Below are positions 12,168 to 25,456 of a stretch of DNA of 64,000 nucleotides, in pieces; position 1 is the stretch's first letter; every line of letters begins with the position of its first letter. Both the position numbers and the translations under genes were made by a program. Under the pieces are notes generated by a model. That model did no database searches, was not told the DNA's origin, and worked only from the letters and a program-made list of their open reading frames with translations. This DNA comes from Scyliorhinus canicula (taxonomy: Eukaryota), in assembly GCF_902713615.1 (NCBI RefSeq), contig NC_052162.1:131650653-131714652 (forward strand). Reading direction: 5' to 3'.

Positions 12168-12633
12168 CACCAACAATTTCACAATCGATTACAGGGGTTG
12201 GATTCTGCTGTTATTTCTACTCTACACCCAGGACTGCATTTTGTTCATTCTGACAGGTGGTCAGTGGGGATGGTCGGAGGGTTTCTTTCTGCTGGACTGG
12301 CCGGTCTCACCACTTTGCCTCTAGTGGGCTGATGCTCTTTGAGATTTGTTGCAAATACCTGGCTTCAAATTGCGCAAGGATCACAGAGTGAAAGGATGTT
12401 TGGAAAATTGACTATATTTAGTTGCCATTTCTGTTTGGAACCCCATAAAGCATGCCACTTTGCCATGGGGATGGGCCCTGGTGGTTACATGGTTCTTTTG
12501 TTTAATTTATCTGGGTCCCTCACAGAAGAAAACTATCTGGGTATGAGGGGCAAGTTGTCTGGGGTGGACTGGGAAACTGATTGCTGCAGGGAATACCTAA
12601 CATTTAAGGAATTATTTAATATTTATCAGGGGG

Positions 12634-14650
12634 AGGCAGCACGGTGGCACAGTGGGTTAACCCTGTTGCCTCATGGCGCCGAGGTTTGATTTTGATTTGA
12701 TTTATTGTCATGTACTGAAGTACAGTGAAAAATACTTTCTGCGGCTGAGGGAATGTACACAGTACGTACACAGTAGACAAAAAGAATAATCAACAGAGAA
12801 CATTGACAAATGGTACATCAACAAACAATGACTGGTTACAGTGCGGAACAAGGGGTCAAACAAAGCAAATACATGAGCAAGAGCAGCATAGGGCGTCGTG
12901 AATAGTGTTCTTACAGGGAACAAATCAGTCCGAGGGGGAGTCATTGAGGAGTCTTGTAGCTGGGGGGGAAGAAGCTATTCCTTTGTCTGGATGTGCGGGT
13001 CCTCAGACTTCTGTACCTTCTGCCTGATGGAAGGGTCTGGAAGCGGGCAATGCCTGGTTGGGAGGGGGGGTCTCTGATAATACTGCCTTCCTGAGGCAGC
13101 GGGAGGTTTGTCCAGAATCAATGTGGGTGTGGCAAGTTTGTGTGATGCGTTGGGCTGAGTTCACCACACTCTTGCGATCCTGGACCGAGCAGTTGCCATA
13201 CCAGGCTGTGATGCAGCCGGTTAGAATGCTCTCTTGCACATCTGTAAAAGCGTGAGAGTTGATGCAGACATGCCGAATTTCTTTAGCTTCCGTACGAAGT
13301 AGAGACGTTTTTGGGCTTTCTTGACTGTTGCATCAACGTGAGTGGACCAGGACAGTCTGTTGGTGATGGTGACCCCCCCCCCCCAGGAACTTAAAGCTAT
13401 CAACCATCTCCATTTCGGAGCCATTGATGCAGACTGGAGTATGTGTCGTGCTACGCTTCCTGAAGTCGATGATCAGTTCCTTGGTCTTTCCAACATTTGG
13501 AGAGAGGTCGTTTTCGGTACACCATGCAACCAAGTGATTTATCTCCCTATAGTCTGATTTGTCGTTGTTTGAGATACGGCCCACCACAGTCGTATCATCT
13601 GCAAACTTATAGATTGAGTTGATGTTAAATCTTGCCGCACAGTCATGTGTTTATAGGGAGTACAGTAGAGGACTGAGCACACATCCTTGCGGGGCTCCGG
13701 TGTTGGGGATTATTGTGGAGGAGGTGCTGTTTCCTATCCTGACAGATTGTGGTTTGTTGGTGAGGAAGTCGAGGATCCAGCTGCACAGGGAGGGGTCAAG
13801 TCCAAGATTGCAGAGTTTGGTTATTAGTCGTGTCAGGATAATGGTGTTGAAGGCAGAGCTGTAGTCGATGAACAGCAGTTTTACACAGTGTCCCTGATGT
13901 CAAGGTGTTCAAGTGTTGATTGTAGAGCCAGGGAGGTAGCATCTGCTGTGGACCGCTTGCAGTGATAGGCAAACTGAATGGATCAAGACCTGGGAGGCTG
14001 GCAGTGATCCATCTCATGACTGGCCGCTTAAAGCATTTATGATAACAGATGTCAGGGCCACCAGTCGGTCGTCGTTGAGACAGGCTACCTTGTTCTTCTT
14101 TGGTACTGGTATTATGGTGATCTTCTTGAAGGAGGGGGTATCTCAGAGCGGAGGAGTGAGATGTTGAAGACATCTGCGAATACACTCGCCAGCTGGTCTG
14201 CGCAGGTTCTGAGTGCTCGCTCAGGACTCCGTCGGGGCCCCTCGCTTTCCGCGGATTCACTTTCAAAAAGGCAGCTCTTACCTCTGGGTGGCACTGATAT
14301 ATTGGCTGACTGCTCAAAGCAGGCATCGAACTTGTTCAGATCATCGGGTAGGGATGCTCCAGCCCGATATTCCGCCTGGCCTTGCTTTATAGCCTGTGAT
14401 CTTGTGTAGGCCCTGCCATAGTCGTCGTGGGTTAGTGTCGTTGGCCTGGGACTCTAGTTTGATGCAGTATTGGTCCCAGGTTCGATCCCAGCTCTGGGTC
14501 ACTGTCCGTGTGGAGTTTGCACATTCTCCCCGTGTTTGCGTGGGTTTCGCCCCCACAACCCAAAGATGTGCAGGCTCGGTGGATTGGCCACGCTAAATTG
14601 CCCTTTAATTGGAAAAAATGAATTGGGTAGTCTAAATTAAATTTTAAAAA
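12634..14650 (+). mobile_element. Short-tail SINE (12634-12685 + 14472-14650) split by a LINE; TSD TTATCAGGGGG
   Basis: 11-bp direct repeat at 12623-12633 and 14651-14661; halves rejoin as GCCGAGG|TCCCAGG. Confidence 0.8.
12686..14471 (-). mobile_element. Rex1/Babar-like LINE, 5'-truncated, frameshifted
   Basis: NPRKARGPDGV, LRTCADQLASVF, KTKELIIDFRK, RLYFVRKLKKFG, ESILTGCITAWYGNCS; (AATCA)n tail. Confidence 0.85.
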
Positions 14651-15784
14651 TTATCAGGGGGTTGGTTAGCTGAGTTGGAAGGACGAGTGGTTGGTGATGC
14701 AGAGCAAAGCCAACACCGTGGATTTAGCTCTCGTACTGGCTGAATTTATTCATGAAGGTAAGGCCTTCTCAACCAGGTCCCTTACCTGAGGTGTGCTGAC
14801 CCTCGGGTTAAATCACCTCCAGTCAGCTCTATCTCTGTCCAAGGGGAGAGCAGCCTATGGTCCTCTGGGATTTTTGCGACTTTTATTTCACATTTATAAT
14901 TCCTTTTGTTCAAATTTAATATCCTGGCTTCAGATTGGAATACCTCATGTTCAATATTCTGGTCACTCATCCCCAAAGGTTGTTTTCAGCATGATTATCA
15001 ATTAGCCCGTTATTGTTGCATATTACTAGATCTACAAAAGCCTGTTCTATAGTCGGTTCCTCAACTTTACTGCTCTAGATAACTGTCCCTAACACACTCC
15101 AGAAACTTGTCCTCCGCAGCATCAGTGCCCATTAGATCTTTACCCAGTCTATATGTAGATTGAAGTCACCCATTACTGTTTTACCCATGCTACATGCTTC
15201 TCTAATCTCCTGATTAATACCATGTTCCACACTACCAGTACTGTCATGAACAGCTCTTCCCAATATTCTTGGCTCATATTCCACATTTTGTATTCCTGAT
15301 CTGTGCTCCACCCTTACTAATGTTCTGATGCCGTCCCTTATTATCCGAGCAACACCACCTCCTTTTCCTTTTTGCCTGCGTCATCAGCAAACTGACCATA
15401 CCTTTGGTCCTGTCATCAAAGTTATTGATATAAATTGTAAAACGTTGAGGTTCCAGCACTGAACCATGTGACACACGACTCGTTACATCTTGCCAACCAG
15501 AAAATGGCCTATTTATGCCTACTCTTGGTTTTATGGCAGTTAGCTAATATTTCATTGAGAAATCCAGTTGTGGGATTAAAGGCTGCCAGACGGCGAAAAG
15601 AAAACAACTAAAGAACCATAGAAAGCATCCTATCTGGCTGCATCACAGCCTGGTATGGCAACCGCTTGCCCCAAGACCGCAAGAAACTTCAGAGAGGCAT
15701 GAACACAGCCTTGTCCATCAAACAAACCTGCCTCCCATCCATTGACTCCATCTACACCTCCTTGGAGATGAAACTATGTTCCTG

Positions 15785-15975
15785 TCATGGGCGGGGCTTG
15801 GAGCACCGAGTGGGCAGGGCTTAGATCGCCGTCATTGGCTTCCTTACCCAATGACAGTGCATGTGCACTGCAGCATATCACCCTCGGGACTGGAAGACCG
15901 AGCGGGACCGGCTGGTCCTCCAACCAATCGGAGTGAATGAGGGGCGGGGCTGAGCCTGGATCTCCCTCATTGGCT
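15785..15975 (+). promoter_or_regulatory. Orphan copy of ZNF promoter module (GC boxes, CCAAT)
   Basis: CTGGTCCTCCAACCAATCGGAGTGAATGAGGGGCGGGGCTGAGCC matches 38850, 39185-39230 (rc) and 52655. Confidence 0.6.
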
Positions 15976-16994
15976 GAAACCCTGTATCATTTTGAAAGCT
16001 GCTTTGTCTCAAACTCCAGGAGAAAACTGGACCTTTCTGTTTGTGGCTTTAAACAGATGAAACCCTGTGGGTGTGGAGCAAACATTTCAACATTTGTTAC
16101 TGAAATGTGGCAGCAGGATGAAACAATCCACAAACAATTCAGGGGCTAATTTAAATGAATAACTAGGCAGACAGGGAATGCCACCATGGGAACAAGGAGT
16201 CCCTGGATTCAGTTGGTGAAGGGGCAGAAGGGTTAGGACAGGTTAGGGAGAAGGTTAATACTGTCATCATTCAGACCAACACAGACTATAAAGGAACAAC
16301 TGAGGAACTTTACTGACCAATTTAATATTCACATAATATATTTGTAGATCAGAGACAGAAGGAATTTGTAATCAGTTTGGACATAACTCCGATATTTTCC
16401 ATTCTCAAACACTTTGGCTTGAAAGATAACAAATGGGATGAAGCCAAATCTTGAAAAGACAAAGTCTTCAGTTAAAATCGTCACCGTGCTATCAGTGAAA
16501 AGGGTTAACTTTCAACGGTGTTCGAACAAATGTTCTCAAATGTGCACAACTGTGTTGACTATACGTAACTTTATTTTTAGATATGAAATGAATCAAACAC
16601 CATTTTAAACTTTGTATTCTCAATTCTTTTGGCAACTTTTTCAGCTTTACCCAAATTTGTTTTCTTCCCTCTCTTTCTTCAGGCACTTTTCCAAGTGACT
16701 CAAATAAAACAAAAGAAAAATAAAAGTAAAACGATCAGCTTTCACAGGTAACCCAAAGCTTCAACCTACTTAGACCACAAAGACTTAAAGAGGGTGGGAC
16801 TTCCAAAAGCTTGTGAAATCCAATGCACAAAGTTAAGGCTGAAGTTTAACTTCACAGAATCCAACTTTTCACTGCCTTTTACAATTGTACAAATAAATTG
16901 CAATTCATACTTACAGATTTACTTTCACTCAGTAATTAGAACATGTCACTTTTCTCAGCACAGACTCTTAAGATGAAATACCACATGTTCACTT

Positions 16995-17287
16995 TGGGCG
17001 GAACGGTAGCACTGTTGCTTCACAGCACCAGGGTTCCAGGTTCGATTCCCGGTTTGGGTCACAGTCGGTGCGGAGTCTGCACGTTCTCCCCGTGTCTGCG
17101 TGGGTTTCCTCCGGGCTCTCCGGTTTCCTCCCACAAGTCCCGAAAAAGGTGCTGTTCGGTAATGTCGACATTCTCAATTCTCCCTGTGACCCGAACAGGC
17201 GCCGGAATGTGGTTAGAGGCTTTTCACAGTAACTTCATTGCAGTGTGAATGTAAGCCTACTTGCGACAATAAATATTATTATTATTA
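16995..17287 (+). mobile_element. SINE with HE1-like head and Rex-like GACAATAAA(TTA)n tail
   Basis: Head shared with other SINEs; different 3' end. Confidence 0.75.
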
Positions 17288-17299
17288 CTTGGTGTGTGG

Positions 17300-17649
17300 A
17301 CAAGATCATGTTCACTGTAGATCTGTCAGCACAGAAACCACACTGCGCTTTTGTATCCACTCAGTCTGCAAGTAGGTGAATCTTTTAAACATGACCCTAG
17401 TGAAGGTCTTCCTGGTGACGCTAAGCAGTGAGTCATCCCTGCAGTTGTTGCCATCTCCTTTGTCACTGCTGCTTTTATCGGTTGTGATGATTTTAGCATC
17501 ATGCACATGGAATGGTTCCGATCTCCCAACAGAGGAGGTCGTGAAGGTGTGACAGTCGATGGGACTTTGTGTTTGAACAGTTCAGCTGGAATTCCATCCT
17601 TGCCGGGCACCTTTCTGCTTGTTGAGCAATCAATGGCCTTGTCCAACTC
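17300..17649 (-). mobile_element. RTE-like LINE relic (continues 20746-21130; paralogous copy 35900-36720)
   Basis: KVPGKDGIPAELFKH motif. Confidence 0.6.
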
Positions 17650-17875
17650 GGCACGGTGCAGCACGGTAGCACAAGTGGATAGCACTGTGGCTTCACAGCA
17701 CCAGGGTCCCAAGTTTGATTCTCCACAGGATCACTGTCTGTGCGGAGTCTGCACGTTCTCCCCGTGTCTGTGTGGGTTACCTCCGGCTGCTCCGCTTTCT
17801 TCCCACAGTCCAAAGACGTGCAGGTCAGGTGGATTCGCCATGCTAAATTGCCCTTAGTAACCAAAAAAGGTTAGA

Positions 17876-20635
17876 TAGATAAATACAGCACAGAACAGGC
17901 CCTTCGGCCCACGATGTTGCGCCGAACTTTTGTCCTTGGTTAATCATAGAATTTTGGACAATTTTTCATGGCCAATCCACCCAACCTGCACATCTTTGGA
18001 CTGTGGGAGGAAACCGGAGTACCCGGAGGAAACCCACGCAGTCATGGGGAGGATGTGCAGACTCCACACAGACAGCGACCCAAGTCGAAATCGAACTTGG
18101 GACCCTGGATCTGTGAAGCAATTGTGCTATCCACAATGCTACCGTGCTGCCCTTAAGAAGTTAACCTACACTCCATTATTCTACCCTAATCCATGTACCT
18201 ATCCAATAGCCGCTTGAAGGTCCCTAACTTTTCCGACTCAACTACTTCCACAGGCAGTGCATTCCATGCCCCCACTACTCTCTGGGTAAAGAACCTACCT
18301 CTGACATCCCCTCTATATCTTCCACCATTTATCTTAAATTTATGTCCCCTTGTAATGGTGTGTTCCACCCGGGAAAAAAGTCTCTGTCTACTCTATCTAT
18401 TCCCCTAATCATCTTATAAACCTCTATCAAGTCGCCCCTCATCCTTCTCCGTTCTAATGAGAAAAGGCCTAGCACCCTCAACCTTTCCTCGTATGACCTA
18501 CTCTCCATTCCAGGCAACATCCTGGTAAATCTCCTTTGCACCTTTTCCAAAGCTTCCACATCCTTCCTAAAATGAGGTGACCAGAACTGCACACAGTACT
18601 CCAAATGTGGCCTGACCAAGGTTTTGTACAGCTGCATCATCACCTCACGGCTCTTAAATTCAATCCCTCTGATTTAAAAATAAATAAATTTAGATTACCC
18701 AATTATTTTTTCTATTAAGGGGCAATTTAGCGTGGCCAATCCACCTACTCTGTACATTTTTGGGTTGTGGGGGCGAAACCCACGCAGACACGGGGAGAAT
18801 GTGCAAACTCCACACGGACAGTGACCCAGAGTCGGGATCGAACCTGGGACCTCAGCGCCGTGAGGCGGTTGTGCTAACCACTACCCCACCGTGCTGCCCT
18901 CAATCCCTCTGATAATGAACGCTAGCACACCATAGGCCTTCTTCACAGCTCTATCCACTTGAGTGGCAACGTTCAAAGATCTATGAACATAGACCCCAAG
19001 ATCTCTCTGCTCCTCCACATTGCCAAGAACCCTACTATTAACCCTGTATTCCGCATTCATATTTGTCCTTCCAAAATGGACAACCTCACACTTGTCAGGG
19101 TTAAACTCCATCTGCCACTTCTCAGCCCAGCTCTGCATTCTATCTATGTCTCTTTGAAGCCGACAACAGCCCTCCTCACTATCCACAACTCCACCAATCT
19201 TCATATCATCTGCAAATTTACTGACCCACCCTTCAACTCCCTCATCCAAGTCGTTAATGAAAATCACAAACAGCAGAGGACCCAGAACTGATCCCTGTGG
19301 TACGCCACTGATAACTGGGCTCTAGGCTGAATATTTGCCATCCACCACCACTCTCTGTCTTCTATCGGTTAGCCAGTTTGTTATCCAACTGGCCAAATTT
19401 CCCACTATCCCATGCCTCCTTACTTTCTGCATAAGCCTACCATGGGGAACCTTATCAAATGCCTTACTAAAATCCATGTACATTACATCCACTGCTTTAC
19501 CTTCATCCACATGCTTGGTCACCTCCTCAAAGAAGTCAATAAGACTTGTAAGGCAAGACCTACCCCTCACAAATCCGTGCTGACTATCCCTAATCAAGCA
19601 ATGCCTTTCCAGATGCTCAGAAATCCTATCCCTCAGTACCCTTTCCATTACTTTGCCTACCACCGAAGTAAGACTAACTGGCCTGTAATTCCCAGGGTTA
19701 TCCCTATTCCCTTTTTTGAACAGGGGCACGACATTCGCCACTCTCCAATCCTCTGGTATCACCCCTGTTGACAGCGAGGACGAAAAGATCATTGCCAACG
19801 GCTCTGCAATTTCATTTCTTGCTTCCCATAGAATCCTTGGATATATCCCGTCAGGCCCGGGGGACTTGTCTATCCTCAAGTTTTTCAAAACGCGCAACAC
19901 ATCTTCCTTCCTGACAAGTATCTCCTCAAGCTTATCAGTCTGCTTCACGCTGTCCTCTCCAACAATATGGCCCCTCTCGTTTGTAAATACTGAAGAAAAA
20001 TACTTGTTCAAGACCTCTCCTATCTCTTCAGACTCAATACACAATCTCCCGCTACTGTCCTTAATCGGACCTACCCTCGCTCTAGTCATTCTCATATTTC
20101 TCACATATGTGTAAAAGGCCTTGGGGTTTTCCTTGATCCTACCCGCCAAAGATTTTTCATGCCCTCTCTTAGCTCTCCTAATCCCTTTCTTCAGTTCCCT
20201 CCTGGCTATCTTGTATCCCTCCAGCGCCCTGTCTGAACCTTGTTTCTTCAGCCTTACGTAAGTCTCCTTCTTCCTCTTAACAAGACATTCAACCTCTCTT
20301 GTCAACCATGGTTCCCTCACTCGACCATCTCTTCCCTGCCTGACAGGGACATACATATCAAAGACACGCAGTAACTGTTCCTTGAACAAGTTCCACTTGT
20401 GTCCTTCCCTGACAGCCTATGTTCCCAACTTCTGCACTCAATTCTTGTCTGACAGCATTGTATTTACCCTTCCCCCAATTATAAACCTTGCCCTGTTGCA
20501 CGCACCTATCCCTCTCCATAACTAAAGTGAAAGTCACAGAATTGTGGTCACTACCTCCAAAATGCTCCCCCACTAACAAATCTATCACCTGCCCTGGTTC
20601 ATTACCAAGTACTAAATCCAATATGGCCTCCCCTC
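17876..20635 (-). mobile_element. CR1 LINE, 5'-truncated, ORF2 largely readable
   Basis: [55 protein letters not shown]; carries SINEs at ~17960-18152 and 18674-18899. Confidence 0.92.
18674..18899 (-). mobile_element. Short-tail SINE inside CR1; TSD TCAATCCCTCTGAT
   Basis: 14-bp direct repeat at 18660-18673 and 18900-18913. Confidence 0.88.
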
Positions 20636-21871
20636 TTAGGAGGGGTTATTGGGTTACGGGGATAGGGTGGAAGGGAGGGCTTAAGTGGGTTGGTGCAGAC
20701 TCGATGGGCCGAATGGCCTCCTTCTGCACTGTATGTTCTATGTTCTAACCATGACAGGAAGCTGCAGGAGAGTCATGACAGTCATGTTCAACCCAGCAGG
20801 ACATCTGTTTACATCTGTCAGGATGTCACCATCTGGGATTTCAGGGGAACAACTTTGGCGATGGTCAGACCCAGAGCCCTCTTATTCGCATCACACACAG
20901 CACATAGATTTCTGGTGTCACAGGCAGTGTGGAATTACTGACGTTGGCTGTCCAGTGTTTATTTGCACAATCTCTCCGTGTTTTACACAAGTGCCGTGGC
21001 TATTTTCACTGATGCAGTGTCCTCGGTGTCGGGTTGATGTTGTACATCAGGTCGGCTTTGCTTTTTGCTTCAATGACAGATGTAATCTCTGCTGAGTGGC
21101 TCTCAAACCAGTGTTGTGGGTTCCACCTTTACCATAGAACCAAAGAATCCTGTAGGATCTTTACAGTGCTGAAGGAGGCCATTTGACCCATCGACTCTAC
21201 AGGGGCCATAGGGGCTTTTCACAGTAACTTCATTTGAAGCCTACTCGTGACAATAAGCGATTTTCATTTCATTTCATTTTTCACAGTGACCTTGTGAAAG
21301 AGCACTCCACCTCCGTCCACTGCCCCGCTCTACCCCCATAACCCTGGCTGCTGCTGCTGTGTGAGAAATGATTGAACTCAGTGACTTCCAAGTTTCATCA
21401 ATATCAATGTTGATTGATGAAGTTTTAATTGATATACCTGTGAAATATTTCACTGTTTTGTTTAACGCTCCTTGACAATTTAATTTCACAATGGACATGT
21501 TACTGTGAAGAATGTAACAATTGCCAGCAAGGATTAATCAGCACTTTTTAATTGGAGATGTTAATCAGTGGAACCTTTCAAACTCTGAATTGTAGATCTT
21601 GTATCAAATATCAATTTACGACTCAAGTCAAAGTTCAAATTATATTGTTCCTGTTGAATGAAGCAGAATATCACAGGTAGTGCTTTTAAAATGGGACGTT
21701 GTAGCTCTGAAAATCAGTGACATCTGAAAATATGAAACTGCAGCCAGTTCTAGGGTTTGTTAACATCAGCAGAATCAAACCAGATATTGTTAGACCATCA
21801 ATCCAGACCATTAACAGCAGCATAAACATCAAAATCCAATCTCTACAGTCACTTGACAACTTTCCGATGTC

Positions 21872-23038
21872 TCAGCTCATATCGTGACTGAGTGATTCCC
21901 TTCCCACAGCATCGATGTTCGGTCTCGGCCCTTTGTGAACTTTCGCCTTAGTGTGACTTCGCTGATGTCTGAACAGGCTGGATGTCTGAGTGAATCCCTT
22001 CCCACACACTGAGCAAGTAAATGGTCTCTCCCTGGTGTGAACACGCTTGTGTATATGGAGATTCGATGAAGACATGAATCTCTTTCCACAGTATCTGCAG
22101 TTGAATGGTCTACCCTTGGAGTGCATTCGTTGGTGTAACATGAGCCTGGCTGACTGAGTGAATCCCTTCCCACAGGAGCAGCTGAACAATCTCTCCCCAG
22201 GATGGACACACTGGTGTGTTAGCAAGTAGGATGACTGAGTGAATCCCTTCCCACACTCCGAGCAGGTGAATGGCCTCTCCCCAGTATGAATCTGCTGGTG
22301 TTTCACAAGGTGGGATGACTTAGAGAATCCTTTCCCACATACGGAACAGGTGAATGACCTCTCCCCAGTGTGAACTTGTTGGTGCATCAGAAGCAGATAG
22401 GACAAGGTGAATCCTTTCCCACATTCAGAGCAGATAAATGGCCTCTCCCCAGTATGAACCCGCTGGTGTGTATGCAAGCTGGATACCTGAGTAAATCGCT
22501 TCCCACACGTGTAGCAGGTGAAAGGCTTCTCCCCAGTGTGAACTCGCTGGTGTGTAAGCAGGCTGGATAACTGAGTGAATCCCTTCTCACACCTGTAGCA
22601 GATGAATGGCCTCTCCCCAGTGTGAACTCGCTGGTGTGTAAGCAGGTTTGATAACTGAGTGAAACCTTTCCCACACTTGGAGCAGGTGAATGGCCTCTCC
22701 CCAGTGTGAACCCGCTGGTGTGCAGTGACGGCGGAAGAACAAGTGAATCCCTTCCCACAAGTGCAGCAGGTGAATGGTCGCTCCCCAGTGTGAGTGTATT
22801 GGTGTGCAGTGAGGGCAGACGAATGCCTGAACCTCTTTCCACAGAAAGTGCAGCTGAACGGTCTGTCTTCTGTGTGAATTCGTTGGTGTGACATCAAACC
22901 AGCTGATCGAGTAAATCCCTTCCCACACTCAGAGCAGGTGAACGGTCTCTCTCCTGTGTGAATACGTCGGTGGGTTTCCAGCAGGCATCGATAATTGAAT
23001 CCCTTCCCACAGTCCCCACATTTCCATGTCTTCTCCAT
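21872..23038 (-). CDS. C2H2 zinc-finger protein B (388 aa, 13 fingers, no effector domain)
   Basis: Intact ORF from [14 protein letters not shown]; finger 11 has CxC spacing; frameshifted 14th-finger remnant at the end. Confidence 0.92.
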   Translation of the reverse strand: MEKTWKCGDCGKGFNYRCLLETHRRIHTGERPFTCSECGKGFTRSAGLMSHQRIHTEDRPFSCTFCGKRFRHSSALTAHQYTHTGERPFTCCTCGKGFTCSSAVTAHQRVHTGERPFTCSKCGKGFTQLSNLLTHQRVHTGERPFICYRCEKGFTQLSSLLTHQRVHTGEKPFTCYTCGKRFTQVSSLHTHQRVHTGERPFICSECGKGFTLSYLLLMHQQVHTGERSFTCSVCGKGFSKSSHLVKHQQIHTGERPFTCSECGKGFTQSSYLLTHQCVHPGERLFSCSCGKGFTQSARLMLHQRMHSKGRPFNCRYCGKRFMSSSNLHIHKRVHTRERPFTCSVCGKGFTQTSSLFRHQRSHTKAKVHKGPRPNIDAVGRESLSHDMS

Positions 23039-23393
23039 AGTACTGGTGTCCTTGTATCTCTCAAGTTCAGACGATCAGTTGAAGACTTGTCCACACAGAA
23101 TACTTGAACGTTTTTTCCTGTATGTGAATGAAGCAGGCTGTGTAATTGGTTCAAACACTTTGCACAGTCAGCATACTGGAACACTGTCACTCAGATGTGT
23201 GTGTGTGTCTCTGTGCTCTTCCAATCACACTGACCGTTGAACTTTTCTCCCACAGGTAGAACAGAGAAACATTTCTCCTTCCACATTCAAAGACCATTGA
23301 TATCCAGGTACTGATGAAGCCATTAATTTGGCCAGATGCTGCTGTAATATTTGGTTTGAGTTTCCAGTCTTTGAATCCTCCCCTTTTAATACC
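23039..23393 (-). other. ZNF B exon leader (acceptor TTTTACAG|G), uORF 23272-23225, stop 23077-23075
   Basis: Homologous to the other four leaders. Confidence 0.7.
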
Positions 23394-23659
23394 CTGTAAA
23401 AGGTGTTTACAAACTATCAGTGCAGGATATAAATTCCGAACAGACAATTCTAGTTTCTCTGGAACATTTTTTTCCTTTCTTGTTCCCCCAAAGCTGTAAA
23501 TCCCCGTCCCAGATATTCTCCCTCCTCCCTGGGCTGAAATCTAAACCCATCTCACCATCTCCACCCAATTTCTTTCCTCTGCCTGGGTTCAGTTCTCCAG
23601 CCCCTGTCTGCAGACTGACAATAAAATCAATGGGTCAATCTTTTTCTCTCCTGGTCACT

Positions 23660-24190
23660 GGAACCCTGAAGCCCCGCCCACTCGGTGTTACGTCACCAAT
23701 ATGGCCGCACAAGCAGCCAATTCGCCGCTGGACCAAGATGATAACCGTCAACCCGGGCCTGCACCTCGTAAAAGCCTTGTCGCCTCAAACGGGCCTCCTG
23801 CAGCTGTTTGTTTAGGATTTGCGGCCTACACCGGGTGTCATTGAAGCCTCCTCGCCCTCCCGCCGCATCCACCTCCCTCCCGCGCACCGCCGCTCCTCAC
23901 CGTCAGCCAAGTAACAAACGTGTCACCTTCACACATACTGCGCATGCTCGGAACACTGCGCGGTACTGCGCATGCTCGGAACACTGCGCGGACCTGCGCA
24001 TGCGTTCCCGTTCCCTGTTGTGGGGACATTCTCCACCGCGGGGTCTCCTGGGTATTCGACCATTGTTCCCCTCACAGCTTCTCGGACGCATTGCGCATGC
24101 CCCGCGCAGACCGGCACGTTCTGAGAGCGGCCTTCCCGCGCCTGCCCGTCTCTGCCATTCTGAGAGAATGACGGCATCACCCGCGTGGTG
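23660..24190 (-). promoter_or_regulatory. CpG-island promoter of ZNF B with tandem NRF1-like TGCGCATGC motifs
   Basis: High CpG density; 28-bp repeat 23936-24004; CCAAT and GC boxes; candidate donor CG|GTGAGG near 23900. Confidence 0.7.
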
Positions 24191-24639
24191 CATTATGGAT
24201 AGTGCATAGTGCACCTTCTTTCAGATTCATGTGTCACAATAATAGAATAGTGTAAAACAGTGAACAATATCACTCCCAATCCCTACCAGTCTCTCTCTAA
24301 ATGATTATGGTAATTGCACTAATTCATTTGATTACTTTTTTAAATGTTGCTTAGGGATGGGACAGTGCCACAGTGGTTAGCACTGTTTCCTCACTGCGCC
24401 AGGGACCTGGGTTTGATTCTGACCTTGGGTGACTGCCTGGATTTCTCACTTTCACCCCATGTCTGCGTGGGCTTCCTCCCAGTGCTCCGGTTTCCTCCCG
24501 CAGACAATGATGTGCAGGTTATGTGTGATTACTGGGATAGGGCAAGTCGGGGTGCTCTTTCAGAGGGTTGATGAAGATTTAATTGGTTGAATGGCCTCCT
24601 TCTGCACTGTAGCAAATCTATGATTCTAAAACTCAATTT

Positions 24640-24996
24640 CATAGAATTTACAGTGCAGTTCTATGATTATTAATGGCCATTCAGGCCATCAAGTCTGCAC
24701 CGGCTCCTGGAAAGAGCACCCTACCCAAGGTTAACACCTCCACCGTATCCCCATAACCCAGTCACCCCACCCAACACTAAGGGCAATTTTGGACACTAAG
24801 GGCAATTTATCATGGCCAATCCACCTAACCTGCACATCTTTGGACTGTGGGAGGAAACCGGAGCACTCGGAGGAAACCCACGCACACACGGGGAGGATGT
24901 GCAGACTCCGCACAGACAGTGACCCAAGCCGGAATCGAACCTGGGACCCTGGAGCTGTGAAGCGATTGTGCTATCCACAATGCTACCGTGCTGCCC
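24640..24996 (-). mobile_element. HE1-like SINE (an older plus-strand SINE lies at 24355-24625)
   Basis: Family motifs. Confidence 0.8.
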
Positions 24997-25230
24997 GAAA
25001 CATGAATCAATAATTTAGTTTTCTGGAATTCTAATTAGGAGTCGCAGATTGAATTAAGCCATCGGAAACAGGAGCAGGAGTCGGTTATTCAGCCCATGTT
25101 CTAACAATGAGAGGATATTTTGAAGCAAAAGGGATTTTGTGAAGCCAGGATGTGTAAAGAAATTGGATAGGAGCCCTGAGTCTTTGCTGCATTATCAACA
25201 GGTCAATAGAGTCAAGGATTACTTCCTGAG

Positions 25231-25456
25231 GGTCAGCACGGTGGCGCAGTGGTTAGCACTGCTGCCTCACGGTGCCGAGGTCCCAAGTTCGATCCTGGCC
25301 CTGGGTCACTGTCCATGTGGGTGGAGTTTGCACATTCTGCCTGTGTTTGCGTGGGTTTCACCCCCACGGCCCAAGATGTGCAGGTTAGGTGGATTGGCCA
25401 CGCTAAATTGTCCCTTAGTTGGAAAAAATGAATTGGGTACTCTAAATTTTTTTTTT
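25231..25456 (+). mobile_element. Short-tail SINE; 17-bp TSD AAGGATT(A/G)CTTCCTGAG
   Basis: Direct repeats at 25214-25230 and 25457-25473. Confidence 0.88.

Larger units (their letters stand above)
17657..20745 (+). mobile_element. SINE (17657-17875 + 20636-20745) split by a CR1 insertion
   Basis: Halves rejoin at AAAAAGGTTAG|GAGGGGTTATTGGG. Confidence 0.75.
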
